Of a stretch of 64,000 nt of DNA, positions 26,510-38,245 are shown in pieces. Position numbers and translations under genes: made by a program. Source of the stretch: Patescibacteria group bacterium. Its GTDB lineage: Bacteria; Patescibacteriota; UBA1384; XYA2-FULL-43-10; 1-14-0-10-43-13. The notes below the pieces were generated by a model. The model saw only the letters and a program-made list of their open reading frames with translations. It ran no database searches and had not been told where the DNA came from. Within the stretch, counting starts at the first letter, position 1; the number at the start of each line of letters is the position of its first letter. The stretch covers positions 238,564-302,563 of the forward strand of contig JBAZNP010000001.1 of NCBI GenBank assembly GCA_041649155.1. Direction: 5' to 3'.

Positions 26510-27566
26510 CGTCGGCAAGTCAACATTATTTAACGCATTGGTCAAAGGTTCAAAGGCAGAAGCGGCTAATTATCCGTTCTGCACCATTGAGCCTAATGTT
26601 GGCATTGTAGAGGTTCCTGATGAGAGATTGGCTCCTTTAGTTGAAGTTTCCAAGTCAAAAAAGGTCGTTCCGACCGTAATTGAGTTTGTTGATATCGCCG
26701 GTTTGGTAAGAGGTGCATCGAAGGGAGAGGGATTGGGCAACCAGTTTCTTGCTCACATTCGCGAATGCGACGCTATCGCTATGGTTGTCCGCTTCTTTGA
26801 AGACGGAAATATCGCTCATGTCGATGGCAAAATTGATCCGCTTTCTGATATTGAAACAATTGAAACCGAGCTTCAGCTTGCCGACATTGCCACTGTTGAG
26901 AAAAGACAGTTTTCAGTCGAAAAAGAATTGAGATCGGGCTCGAAAGAGTCAAAATTCGCTCATTCAGGCCTTCAGAAAATCAAAGATGTTCTATATGACG
27001 GTAAAAATGCCCGAACAGCCAAGCTTGATGAGTTAGAAACAGAAGCCCTTAAAGGCTTGCAGTTAATGACACAAAAGCCAATTTTATATATTGCCAATGT
27101 TTCAGAAGACGAACTCGCCCATTTTGACGAGATAAAAGAAAGACCAGGATTTAAAAATATTGAATTATTACCCATCTCGGCACGAATTGAGAGTGAATTG
27201 AATGAACTAAATGAGCTGGAAAAGAAAGAATACCTTGAAGCTCTAGGTGTTAATGATACCGGACTTAACAACTTGATCAAAAAAGCATATGAAACGCTAG
27301 GATTAATCACCTACCTCACCTCAGGAGAGCAGGAAACCAGAGCTTGGACTATTAAAAAAGGCTTCAAAGCCCCCCAAGCTGCCGGAGTAATTCACACCGA
27401 TTTTGAAAAAGGCTTCATTGCCGCGGATGTGATCCCATGGCAAGATTTGTACGCTCAGGGAGGCTGGACCGGAGCTCGTGCCAAAGGCCTTGTTCGAACT
27501 GAAGGCAAGGAATATGTCGTTAAAGATGGCGACGTATGCTTGTTTAAATTTAATGTGAAAAAATAG
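26475..27566 (+). CDS. ychF: Redox-regulated ATPase YchF, with an element-supplied N-terminus
   Basis: GIVGLPNVGKSTLFNAL, ANYPFCTIEPN, DIAGLV, HTDFEKGFI, TGS domain. Confidence 0.96.
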   Translation: MNLSVGIVGLPNVGKSTLFNALVKGSKAEAANYPFCTIEPNVGIVEVPDERLAPLVEVSKSKKVVPTVIEFVDIAGLVRGASKGEGLGNQFLAHIRECDAIAMVVRFFEDGNIAHVDGKIDPLSDIETIETELQLADIATVEKRQFSVEKELRSGSKESKFAHSGLQKIKDVLYDGKNARTAKLDELETEALKGLQLMTQKPILYIANVSEDELAHFDEIKERPGFKNIELLPISARIESELNELNELEKKEYLEALGVNDTGLNNLIKKAYETLGLITYLTSGEQETRAWTIKKGFKAPQAAGVIHTDFEKGFIAADVIPWQDLYAQGGWTGARAKGLVRTEGKEYVVKDGDVCLFKFNVKK

Positions 27567-27655
27567 CTTGTCCTACTACTAATATCAACTCAAATTGATT
27601 GACGTTTGAGTTCTTTTATGTTATATTCGAGCTGCCCCGAAAGGGAGTACACAAC

Positions 27656-29290
27656 ATGGAGACGGGAAAAATGGCAGTCTTAGAAGAAGTGCTTGATAAA
27701 GAAATGGGAAAGAAAGTAGCAAGAGAACTTTACCGGCTGCCAGAAGATCTTTGTGCGAGATGGCTGGTTCAGTGTTCATTTAGCACTAGAAGTCGTATAG
27801 AAGCAAACCAAAATATATTGAGGAAGCGGTCCCAGCGGAACAAAGAGTTCGCTCAAGCTCTCTTCGACTATCTTGGAGAAGATTTGCAATATGTGGTCAA
27901 AGTGTATTATGCAGGAGTTGCTAACAACTTGGTAAGCTTTCGAGAAGAACTGGTCCGTTTAACAGAGGCATTAAGAATTGCTAAAAGATGGTACATCTTA
28001 TATCGTCACGACTGGCCAATAGATCAGCTACCTATTATTAGCAAGATCATCGATTTGCTTAAAGGATCAGAAAGAACAACGTTTTGGTTCCACTATTTGC
28101 TTGGAGTTGATATCCGAAATATTGCAAAACAGATAGAAAAAACTGAATACGAAACAAAAAGGTTGCTTAAGAAAGCAATCAAAAAGGTAATGAGCAGCTA
28201 CAGCCTGACCGATGAAGGTTTTTTCATTGAAAAGATAATCAGTCCATCAGTTTGGCTTAGCAACCGCTCTGGTCAAAAAGTTGAAACAATAGAGGAAATA
28301 GCTCACGCCGAGGCCATACTCGAGAGTTTTTCAACAGAAACATCTGGCAAAATAAGAGCTACCTATGAAGCAAAAACATACTCCGAAGCTGCTACTATAA
28401 TTGGCTGTACCGATAAAATGATAGAAGGCGCAGTTAATAGAGCAGCTAAATTAAGTAAGACCTGGTGGAGAATGGCGACGCTTGGTTGGACGCCCGAAGA
28501 ATGCAAAGAGGCCATGTTCCTTCTTAAACACCTTGTTCTTGATGAAAGGATCATACTTGGAGCATACTGGCTTGATGGCAAAACAGATTTTTCTGACAGA
28601 GAGGAAGCTAGACTAGCTAATTGCCTTAAGTTCGCTAGCCTTAAGTACGAACTTAAGCCATTCAAACCACTCAAACTCAAGAAAGAAACAACAATTATTA
28701 GCCCTAGAATAGAGGCTAAACTCATCCGGCAGACATACCAGAAATTGATTGCTCTGGCTGATAATGAGGGCAGAATCACCGGTAATCTTAAAGACATAGC
28801 TCCGATAGTTTTTCCGGAAGTCACACATAAAAAGGCTTTAAGGAACCTCTATCACGCTCACCGTTGGTTAATATTAGCGAGATGGATTGAGTACGATCGC
28901 ACAATTGATAATACAGATACGTTCTTCGTGCTTGATCAGGACAGGCCAGACATTAACCCATCCCAAAAAGAAAATGCAAAAGCAGGAGGACTATTTGTTT
29001 CTTACTGGGAGATTCTGGATGAGATGATTCTGCAGCTTAGAGATCGAATATCATGTGAAAATGATTTATTTCCAGCATCTCTTCGTGAACTTTCCAGGCA
29101 GGCTCTTCTTGCAAAGTTACCTCCTGAATGCAAAGTTAGCCCTGAACGAATTCAAAGATTCGCTATATCAGCAAGTTTCTACTTTAGACGAAAAAAAATC
29201 TTCCTGAGGAACCCTGGGTCGCAGGAGAACAACAGCACATACCGACTTGGTGAAAAAGCGATAGAAGTATATCGTCGGCTATGTAATTAA
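27656..29290 (+). CDS. Large hypothetical protein, possibly with HTH-like segments
   Basis: Long ORF; upstream TTGACG-17-TATATT promoter and GGGAG Shine-Dalgarno. Confidence 0.65.
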   Translation: METGKMAVLEEVLDKEMGKKVARELYRLPEDLCARWLVQCSFSTRSRIEANQNILRKRSQRNKEFAQALFDYLGEDLQYVVKVYYAGVANNLVSFREELVRLTEALRIAKRWYILYRHDWPIDQLPIISKIIDLLKGSERTTFWFHYLLGVDIRNIAKQIEKTEYETKRLLKKAIKKVMSSYSLTDEGFFIEKIISPSVWLSNRSGQKVETIEEIAHAEAILESFSTETSGKIRATYEAKTYSEAATIIGCTDKMIEGAVNRAAKLSKTWWRMATLGWTPEECKEAMFLLKHLVLDERIILGAYWLDGKTDFSDREEARLANCLKFASLKYELKPFKPLKLKKETTIISPRIEAKLIRQTYQKLIALADNEGRITGNLKDIAPIVFPEVTHKKALRNLYHAHRWLILARWIEYDRTIDNTDTFFVLDQDRPDINPSQKENAKAGGLFVSYWEILDEMILQLRDRISCENDLFPASLRELSRQALLAKLPPECKVSPERIQRFAISASFYFRRKKIFLRNPGSQENNSTYRLGEKAIEVYRRLCN

Positions 29291-29302
29291 TTTGTTATTT
29301 TA

Positions 29303-29338
29303 GCCCGATGCATAATTATGCATCGGGCAATCTTTTTT
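29303..29338 (+). terminator. Intrinsic terminator
   Basis: GCCCGATGCATAATTATGCATCGGGC perfect palindrome followed by a T-rich tail. Confidence 0.75.
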
Positions 29339-29416
29339 ATAAGGACTTTAAAAAAGAGTCTGAAAATGATAATTTAACAATGTAAAAGAGATAAGCGAAT
29401 ACCCAGAAAGAGAACT

Positions 29417-31636
29417 ATGAATTTTAAAAAGGGAAATTGGGACAAAGAAATTAATGTTAGAGACTTTATCTTCAATAACTACACTGGTTATGATGGAGAT
29501 GAGTCTTTTTTAGAAAAACCAAGCGATAAAACAAAAAAACTCTGGAAAGAATGTCAGCGCTTGATGAAAAAAGAATTTAATTCCAAAGGCGGAGTTCTCG
29601 ATATTGACACAGATACAATTTCAACAATCATAAGTCATAAAGCCGGATATATTAAAAAAGAAGATGAATTAATAGTCGGCCTCCAGACAAACAAACCGCT
29701 TAAAAGAGCAATTAAACCTTTTGGCGGAATTAGAGTGGTTGAAAAGGCTTGCGCGGAATACGATCGAACCGTTAATCCGGAGGTCTCTGAAATGTGCAAA
29801 AAATATCGCAAAACTCACAATGACGGTGTTTTCGATGTTTATACAAAGGAAATGAGAACCCTTCGATCTCTTGGTATTTTAACCGGTCTGCCGGACAACT
29901 ATGCCAGAGGCAGAATTATCGGCGACTACAGAAGAGTCGCTCTCTATGGAATAGACCAGTTAATCGAAATTAAAGAAATCGACAGAGAAAATCTGGTCGG
30001 ACTAATGACCGATGAACTAATTCGTCTTCGCGAAGAAATTAGCGAACAAATTAAAGCACTTCATATGATAAAGGAAATGGCTGCTTCATACGGTTTTGAT
30101 ATTGCAAAACCAGCAAAAAACGCTCAGGAAGCAATCCAATGGACATATTTTGCTTACCTTGCTGCACTCAAAGAGCACGATGGTGCCGCGATGAGCCTTG
30201 GCAACGTAAGCGGGTTTTTTGATGTTTATCTGGAAAAAGATTTGTCTGAAGGAAAAATTACAGAAAAAAAGGCACAAGAATTGGTTGATCAGTTCATTAT
30301 CAAATTAAGAATGGTCAGACATTTGAGAGCTCCGGAATACAACGACTTGTTTGCCGGTGATCCAGCTTGGTTAACGGAATCCCTTGGTGGAGTCTGGCTA
30401 AACGGCAAGCACAAAGTAACAAAAACAACCTATCGATTTTTGCAAACTCTTTATAATCTTGGTCCTTCTCCAGAGCCTAACTTAACCGTACTTTGGTCGG
30501 AAAAATTACCGGAAAATTTCAAAAAATTCTGCGCCAAAGTTTCAATAGATACTTCCTCACTGCAATATGAAAATGATGATCTGATGCGAGAAACCGCTTG
30601 CTACGATGACTATGGAATTAGCTGCTGTGTCTCTTTGTTAAAAACCGGCAAAATGATGCAGTATTTTGGCGCACGCTGTAACTTAGCAAAAATACTTCTT
30701 ATGGCAATTAACGGCGGCAGGGATGAAATGACCGGCACAAAAGTCGTTGACGATATTCCTGAACTAAAAGGCAAAACCTTAAAGTATGATGAAGTAATAA
30801 AAAATTACAATAAAGTGTCAGCTAAAATCGCAGAGGATTATGTCAATGTGATGAATATCATACATTATATGCATGATAAATATTATTATGAACGAGCTCA
30901 AATGTCCTTGCTTGACTCACAGCCTGAACGAGTTATTGCATTTGGCGCTGCCGGACTTTCCGTCGTTACTGATTCATTATCAGCGATAAAATACGCGAAA
31001 GTAACTCCGGTTCGGAATGAAGACGGTATTGCCATTGATTTCAAAATTGAGGGCAATTTTCCAAAATACGGAAATGATAATGATAAAGTTGACTCTATCG
31101 CCAAAAAACTTGCTGCTGATTTTAATAAAGAATTAGGCAAATATCAAACTTATAGAAATGCAAAAGCGACTCTTTCAATTTTAACCATTACATCAAATAT
31201 TGTTTACGGTAAAAAAACCGGCGCGACTCCAGATGGGAGAAAAGCGCATGAGCCATTTGCTCCTGGCGCTAACCCAATGCATGGAAGAGACACTTCCGGT
31301 GCTATTGCCTCTCTAAACTCTGTTGCTAAACTTCAATATGCTAACTCAAGAGACGGCATTTCAAATACTTTCTCAATTATACCTGCCACATTGGGCGCTG
31401 ACGGGAATGAAAGAATCGACAATCTTGTTTCGCTGCTTGATGGTTACTTCAAACAAAAAGCGCATCATTTAAATGTGAATGTTCTAGATAAAGAAACTCT
31501 TCTTGATGCCATGAATCATCCCGAGAATTATCCTCAATTAACAATTAGAATTTCCGGCTATGCTGTTAATTTTATTAAACTTAGCAAAAAGCAGCAGGAA
31601 GAAGTGTTGGCTAGAACATTTTTTGAGAAACTTTAA
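29417..31636 (+). CDS. pflB: Pyruvate formate-lyase (formate C-acetyltransferase)
   Basis: [30 protein letters not shown] active site, [10 protein letters not shown] glycyl radical motif. Confidence 0.96.
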   Translation: MNFKKGNWDKEINVRDFIFNNYTGYDGDESFLEKPSDKTKKLWKECQRLMKKEFNSKGGVLDIDTDTISTIISHKAGYIKKEDELIVGLQTNKPLKRAIKPFGGIRVVEKACAEYDRTVNPEVSEMCKKYRKTHNDGVFDVYTKEMRTLRSLGILTGLPDNYARGRIIGDYRRVALYGIDQLIEIKEIDRENLVGLMTDELIRLREEISEQIKALHMIKEMAASYGFDIAKPAKNAQEAIQWTYFAYLAALKEHDGAAMSLGNVSGFFDVYLEKDLSEGKITEKKAQELVDQFIIKLRMVRHLRAPEYNDLFAGDPAWLTESLGGVWLNGKHKVTKTTYRFLQTLYNLGPSPEPNLTVLWSEKLPENFKKFCAKVSIDTSSLQYENDDLMRETACYDDYGISCCVSLLKTGKMMQYFGARCNLAKILLMAINGGRDEMTGTKVVDDIPELKGKTLKYDEVIKNYNKVSAKIAEDYVNVMNIIHYMHDKYYYERAQMSLLDSQPERVIAFGAAGLSVVTDSLSAIKYAKVTPVRNEDGIAIDFKIEGNFPKYGNDNDKVDSIAKKLAADFNKELGKYQTYRNAKATLSILTITSNIVYGKKTGATPDGRKAHEPFAPGANPMHGRDTSGAIASLNSVAKLQYANSRDGISNTFSIIPATLGADGNERIDNLVSLLDGYFKQKAHHLNVNVLDKETLLDAMNHPENYPQLTIRISGYAVNFIKLSKKQQEEVLARTFFEKL

Positions 31637-31699
31637 ATACATTTTATTATTCTTCGAACGAAGTGAGAAGTTCTCAGCCGTTGGCTTCGAACAATAACT

Positions 31700-32437
31700 A
31701 TGAATAATTCTATAAAAATCAGCTCAATTGAAACACTAGGGACACATGAAGGACCTGGTATTCGCTTTGTTATTTTTACCCAAGGTTGTAATTTTAAATG
31801 CCTCTACTGCCACAACCCCGAAACACAGTGTATTAACTCTAAATCAGAAGAATATTCGGTAGCTGAACTGGTTGAAAAGATTAAAAAGTGTAAACCCTAT
31901 TTCGGCAAGGAAGGCGGAGTTACAATTTCCGGCGGTGAGCCAATCTTACAAGCGAAAAAAATAATTAGGCTTTTTTCTGAATTAAAAAAAGCAGGAATTC
32001 ATACCGCGTTAGATACCAACGGTTCAATTTTAACTGACGATGTTGAGAAGCTACTAAAAATTACTGGGCTGGTGTTATTAGACATAAAACATATTGATAA
32101 CGAATGGCATAAAAAGATTAGTGGTCATTCAAATGAATTAGTTCTGAAGTTTGCAGAATATTTGGAAAAAAACAACATTAAATTCTGGATCAGATATGTT
32201 TTAGTCCCCAATCTCTCAGATCAAGATGAATTTTTAATACAATTCAGTGAACATTTTAAAGATTATAAAAACCTTGAACGTGTGGAAATATTACCATATC
32301 ATACGCTTGGAATCAGCAAGTACAAAGAATTGAATATCCCCTACTCGCTCCTCAAAACTCCAGTTCCAGATGAGAAACTAATTAAAAAAGCAAAAGACAT
32401 TTTTGAAAAATGTTTTAATAAAGTGGTAGTTAGATAA
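31700..32437 (+). CDS. pflA: PFL-activating enzyme
   Basis: GPGIRFVIFTQGCNFKCLYCHNPET, SGGEP, LPYHTLG. Confidence 0.94.
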   Translation: MNNSIKISSIETLGTHEGPGIRFVIFTQGCNFKCLYCHNPETQCINSKSEEYSVAELVEKIKKCKPYFGKEGGVTISGGEPILQAKKIIRLFSELKKAGIHTALDTNGSILTDDVEKLLKITGLVLLDIKHIDNEWHKKISGHSNELVLKFAEYLEKNNIKFWIRYVLVPNLSDQDEFLIQFSEHFKDYKNLERVEILPYHTLGISKYKELNIPYSLLKTPVPDEKLIKKAKDIFEKCFNKVVVR

Positions 32438-32466
32438 TCCGATCATTCATAATTACTTACCCACGA

Positions 32467-32583
32467 TGTCATTTCGACTCCTCAGCCTTGTCTGAGGGTG
32501 GACCTGCCTGCCGGCAGGCAGGGAAATCTTAAAATAGATTATTATTTCTATTAGAAGATCCCTCCACGTTGGTCGGGATGACA
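32467..32583. repeat. Family A repeat carrying the 20-bp palindrome CCTGCCTGCCGGCAGGCAGG (32503-32522)
   Basis: Near reverse complement of 46450-46567. Confidence 0.9.
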
Positions 32584-32614
32584 CAGGGTAAGTGAGCAGT
32601 TGCGATCGTTTATG

Positions 32615-32643
32615 TTGACTCAATCACAATTTTCTGATATTAT
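32615..32643 (+). promoter_or_regulatory. rpsF-ssb-rpsR promoter
   Basis: TTGACT-17 bp-TATTAT with extended TG. Confidence 0.55.
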
Positions 32644-32742
32644 CTAACAAAATTAATATTTAACTTTTTCCCCGATGAACATCGGGGAGCTGGAGTCCGA
32701 ACTAATTTGGACACTAAACACCAGCGCCAAGAAAGGAAATCA

Positions 32743-33468
32743 ATGAGAGAATACGAACTTACGTATTTAATTTCTGATAATGTGCCTGAATCAGATTTAA
32801 ATAAGGTTACCGGTAAAGTCGGTGGCTATGTTACTAGTCTTAACGGAAAAATTTTAAAAGAAGAAATCTGGGGTAGAAGAAAACTAGCTTATCCTATTAA
32901 AAAACAGGATTTTGCTACTTACGTAACTTTGAATTTCAGCTTGCCTGCTGAAAAAGCAAACGAATTTGAACACAACATTTTTATGTCTTCAAAAATAATT
33001 CGTCACCTAATGATTGTTCAAGATTACGGATCAGAAGAGTTAACTTTGACCAAAGAGGATGTTGCTGAAACAGAAGAAATTACCAAAGTAATTGGCGGTG
33101 AAAAATCATTTGAGGCCGTTATCGGAGAAACAGAGGAAAGCAAAGATTTAATGGCAGTTCGCGGGGACGAAGTAGAGACAGAAGAACCTAAAAAAGAAAC
33201 CAAGAAAGAAAAAACTCCAGAAAAAACAGAACTTGAAGAGGAAGTTGAAGACGCCGCATCCACCGAAGGTGGAGCAGGCGCCCCTGCTTCCACTGAAAGT
33301 GGAATGCGGGGAGAACCTAAAAAAGCTGCAAAAACAACGAAGAAAGCTGAAACTCCTAAAAAACCAGCCAAGACAGCTAAAAAAGCAGAGAAAAAGCCAG
33401 AAGATGAAGCAGACAGACTGTCTAAACTAGACAAAGAACTGGACGATATTCTTGGCGATGACCTGTAA
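32743..33468 (+). CDS. rpsF: 30S ribosomal protein S6 with a long charged C-terminal tail
   Basis: MREYELTYLI, WGRRKLAYPIKK, IIRHL; start refined using the AAGGA Shine-Dalgarno. Confidence 0.93.
   Translation: MREYELTYLISDNVPESDLNKVTGKVGGYVTSLNGKILKEEIWGRRKLAYPIKKQDFATYVTLNFSLPAEKANEFEHNIFMSSKIIRHLMIVQDYGSEELTLTKEDVAETEEITKVIGGEKSFEAVIGETEESKDLMAVRGDEVETEEPKKETKKEKTPEKTELEEEVEDAASTEGGAGAPASTESGMRGEPKKAAKTTKKAETPKKPAKTAKKAEKKPEDEADRLSKLDKELDDILGDDL
33253..33311 (+). repeat. Family B palindromic repeat in frame in rpsF
   Basis: GCCGCATCC...AGCAGG-CCTGCT...GGAATGCGGGG; homologous to 40202-40254. Confidence 0.85.
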
Positions 33469-33559
33469 AACCAGAATCATGAATATAGAATCAAGAATCA
33501 TGGGATTGATTAAAGTGCTATAATATTCTTAATTCATAATTCTAATCAAAAGGAGCAAA

Positions 33560-34033
33560 ATGTTAAATTTAAACAGAGCACAAATCTTGGGCAACCTAAC
33601 ACGTGATCCCGAGATGAGATATACACCAAATGGTCAGGCAGTTTCTAGTTTTACCGTTGCAACAAACAGGAAATGGAAGGGACGGGACGGAGCTCCGGAT
33701 GGCGAAGACACTCAATATCACGACATCGTAGTTTGGGGCAAACAGGCTGAAGCAATTACCCCAATGTTAAAAAAAGGCTCTCCGGCTTTCGTTGAAGGAA
33801 GACTTCAAACAAGAAACTGGGAAGGTCAGGACGGAGTAAAAAGATACAAGACTGAAATTATCGCCGACAACATAATTGTGTTGAGCAGCAGAAGTGGTGA
33901 CAATAGTAACTTCATGGCCCGATCACAAAGTAATCCTGTTGACGACATTTCAAACTCATCAACTAGCACAGACAAAAAAACCAATACCCCACCCGCTGAA
34001 GATGAGATCGACATAGAAGAAATACCTTTTTAA
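33560..34033 (+). CDS. ssb: Single-stranded DNA-binding protein
   Basis: LGNLTRDPEMRYT, VEGRLQTRNW, C-terminal EEIPF. Confidence 0.96.
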   Translation: MLNLNRAQILGNLTRDPEMRYTPNGQAVSSFTVATNRKWKGRDGAPDGEDTQYHDIVVWGKQAEAITPMLKKGSPAFVEGRLQTRNWEGQDGVKRYKTEIIADNIIVLSSRSGDNSNFMARSQSNPVDDISNSSTSTDKKTNTPPAEDEIDIEEIPF

Positions 34034-34170
34034 AATTATTAATAATTTTAAAAAGAATATTCAAGATACAAGAAACAATAAACAAATAAATCACAATATT
34101 CAATAATCAAATTTCAAATATACTTGTATTTTGTTACTTGGAACTTGGTTATTGCGACTGAAAGGAGCCC

Positions 34171-34395
34171 ATGGCTTATCAAACAATTAGAACAAGCAAA
34201 AAATGTCTATTCTGCAAAACAAAATTAGAAGCTATAGACTACAAAGATGTTAATACTTTATCCAAGTATTTAAATCGTTGGAATAAAATAGACTCAGGTG
34301 CTAGATCTGGCAATTGCACTAAACACCAGCGAGAGCTAACCAGAGCAGTAAAAAGGGCAAGACACTTAGCTTTGCTTCCTTTTACAGTACGGTAA
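34171..34395 (+). CDS. rpsR: 30S ribosomal protein S18
   Basis: CLFC...IDYKDV...[23 protein letters not shown]. Confidence 0.95.
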   Translation: MAYQTIRTSKKCLFCKTKLEAIDYKDVNTLSKYLNRWNKIDSGARSGNCTKHQRELTRAVKRARHLALLPFTVR

Positions 34396-34528
34396 TAAAT
34401 AATTACAAAATCCTAATTCCAAATTACAAACAAAATTTCAAATGTCTAATGTCAAAGTTTTGAATTTTTTAATTTAATATTTGGGATTTGATTAGAAATT
34501 AGTCATTAGAAATTAGGAATTTATTACT

Positions 34529-35086
34529 ATGTTATCAATCACCAACCTAAAAAACGGCACAAAGATCACTCTCACCGGAGAACCTTATGTGGTTTTGTCT
34601 TATTACCATTCCAAAATGGGACGAGGCGGAGCCGTGGTTAAAACAAAATTGAAAAATTTGAAAACCGGCGGAGTAATAGATAAAACTTTTCAGGGAGCAG
34701 ATAAAGTTGAGGAGGCAAATTTAACTAAAAGAAACGCAACTTATCTTTATTCTGATGAAAATAGTTCATACTTCATGGACACAGAAAGTTATGATCAGTT
34801 TGAAATCTCTCTGGAAAAAGTCGGCGATGATAAAAAGTATTTAGTTGAAAACTCCAGTGTTGATCTCCTCTACTTCAACAATGAACCTATAAACATAGAG
34901 CTACCGATTAAAATGACTTTCAAAGTAGTTAGTGCTCCTCCTGCAGTTAAGGGAAATTCTGCCGGCTCAGTAACCAAAAAAGTAACTATCGAAACCGGAA
35001 CTCAAGTGGATGCTCCACTTTTTATCAAAGAAAATGATAAAATAGTAGTAGACACAAGAAGCGGCTCTTACGTTGAACGTGCATAA
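34529..35086 (+). CDS. efp: Elongation factor P
   Basis: KMGRGGAVVKTKL, PPAVKGNSA, VDTRSGSYVER. Confidence 0.95.
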   Translation: MLSITNLKNGTKITLTGEPYVVLSYYHSKMGRGGAVVKTKLKNLKTGGVIDKTFQGADKVEEANLTKRNATYLYSDENSSYFMDTESYDQFEISLEKVGDDKKYLVENSSVDLLYFNNEPINIELPIKMTFKVVSAPPAVKGNSAGSVTKKVTIETGTQVDAPLFIKENDKIVVDTRSGSYVERA

Positions 35087-35183
35087 CCACTCTGATTTTA
35101 AACACAGATAGACGCTGATAGCTCTACCACTAAAATCTGTGATGATCAGTGAAAAAATCAGTGAGATAATTTCAATACAATTT

Positions 35184-35696
35184 ATGATTTTTCCCTACAC
35201 AAAAATAGTTAAACTCGAGGTTTTTGATCTAAAAAATCAAAGAGGAGTTGGCGCTGTCAAAGAAATCATAATTCAAAAAAAAGACTTTAAAATCTCCGGA
35301 ATAATCTTGGAAAATTCGTTTTTAGATCGTGGCATCAAGATTGTAAATAGCACCGATATTGTTGATATCTCTCCGGAAGGAGTTGTGATAAACGATAGCG
35401 ACTCGATTTCCAGCCCAAAAGAAAACGTTAGACTAGCGGAAGCAATAAAAGATGGCTTATATGGAATTGGTCAAAAAGTTGTGACCAAAGATGGCAAATC
35501 TTTAGGCAGAGTAAATGATTTATTTGTCTCTACTGAAACTTTAATGATCTCCAAAATCTTCATAAAAAATATCTTCTCAGAAAGAGTTATCCCTTCATCA
35601 GCAATTGTTGAAATTAAGGGCAAAAAGATAATAGTTAAAAATAATTTTGAAACAGTCAGAGTTTCCGTACCCGAGATTAGCGCCAGCGTTGTATAG
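35184..35696 (+). CDS. Tandem PRC-barrel protein
   Basis: Two repeats of G-x-V-x-D/E, including KVVTKDGKSLGRVNDLFV. Confidence 0.8.
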   Translation: MIFPYTKIVKLEVFDLKNQRGVGAVKEIIIQKKDFKISGIILENSFLDRGIKIVNSTDIVDISPEGVVINDSDSISSPKENVRLAEAIKDGLYGIGQKVVTKDGKSLGRVNDLFVSTETLMISKIFIKNIFSERVIPSSAIVEIKGKKIIVKNNFETVRVSVPEISASVV

Positions 35697-35743
35697 ATAG
35701 CAGAATACAGATATCAGATAACAGTTATATGAAAACAATATGT

Positions 35744-35773
35744 AAAAAATCCCGCCACTATGCGGGATTTTTT
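35744..35773. terminator. Bidirectional terminator between the PRC-barrel gene and groEL
   Basis: AAAAAATCCCGC-cactat-GCGGGATTTTTT. Confidence 0.8.
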
Positions 35774-35822
35774 ACTATCAAATTTCTGTTATCTGTATTG
35801 CTGTCAACTGTTAGCTATTTTA

Positions 35823-37472
<1,650 letters not shown>

Positions 37473-37545
37473 CTAATAGCTAATTTAACTAATTAAGCTA
37501 ATACAATGAATTGGTTTTATTCGCTGCATTAGTCATTCGTCCTGA

Positions 37546-37821
37546 TTACAAAATTCCAAGTATCTCTTCTTCTCTCATCACTTTATATTCGACGCCTTCA
37601 ATCTTTAACTCTTCGCCTGAATATTTGCCAAATAGAACTTTGTCGCCTTTTTTAACTGAAAACTCGTATTTTTTACCCTCTTTTATACCACTGCCCAATG
37701 CGATAATTTCTCCTTCAGCTCTCTCTTCCTGAGCTGACGCTGGGATAATAATTCCGGATTTAGTTGTTTCTTCTTTTTGGACCGGCTGGACCAAGACTCT
37801 ATCTCCTAGTGGTTGAAACAT
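37546..37821 (-). CDS. groS: Co-chaperonin GroES
   Basis: MFQPLGDRVLV, TKSGIIIP, GDKVLFGKYSG; start refined using the AAGG Shine-Dalgarno. Confidence 0.95.
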   Translation of the reverse strand: MFQPLGDRVLVQPVQKEETTKSGIIIPASAQEERAEGEIIALGSGIKEGKKYEFSVKKGDKVLFGKYSGEELKIEGVEYKVMREEEILGIL

Positions 37822-37856
37822 AATGCCTTCCTTTCTACATACACAGATCTCGTACA

Positions 37857-37876
37857 CCTGCCTGCCGGCAGGCAGG
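37857..37876. repeat. Stand-alone 20-bp palindrome CCTGCCTGCCGGCAGGCAGG
   Basis: Identical to 32503-32522 and 46512-46531. Confidence 0.9.
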
Positions 37877-37935
37877 CTGATCTGCACAGATAATTTTATA
37901 TAATTTTTAAACTCAATTTTACTGATATATAAGCG

Positions 37936-37965
37936 ATTGTAAAGTATACTTTACTTTTTTGTCAA
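37936..37965 (-). promoter_or_regulatory. groESL promoter with a 16-bp palindromic operator candidate
   Basis: TTGACA-18 bp-TACAAT; GTAAAGTATACTTTAC at 37939-37954. Confidence 0.55.
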
Positions 37966-38245
37966 GAGTCGATACTACATCGGCTCGCAGACCCCCGACA
38001 AAGCGACACCATGATGCATGGACGTAGACCATGAGAATGGAGAAGCGAAGTGGGGTCACTACCGATAACAAGGGATAAAACAAAAAAAAGAGGATTTCCC
38101 TCTCAACGCTCCCCCTAAATTTAATATGTTCCCGTGATCATCAGTAGTTATCAGTGTAATAGATCAGCGTAGTTAAAAAGGTGGCGGTAGTGCAAGGGGG
38201 GCACACTACCACCAACCTCAATATAGCGCAACTTAAGCTCAAAAG

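Noticed and set aside
37822-37887. N-terminal extension of GroES (MQISLPAGRQ...)
   Set aside because: This is a translation of the 20-bp palindrome; the real start with an RBS is at 37821.
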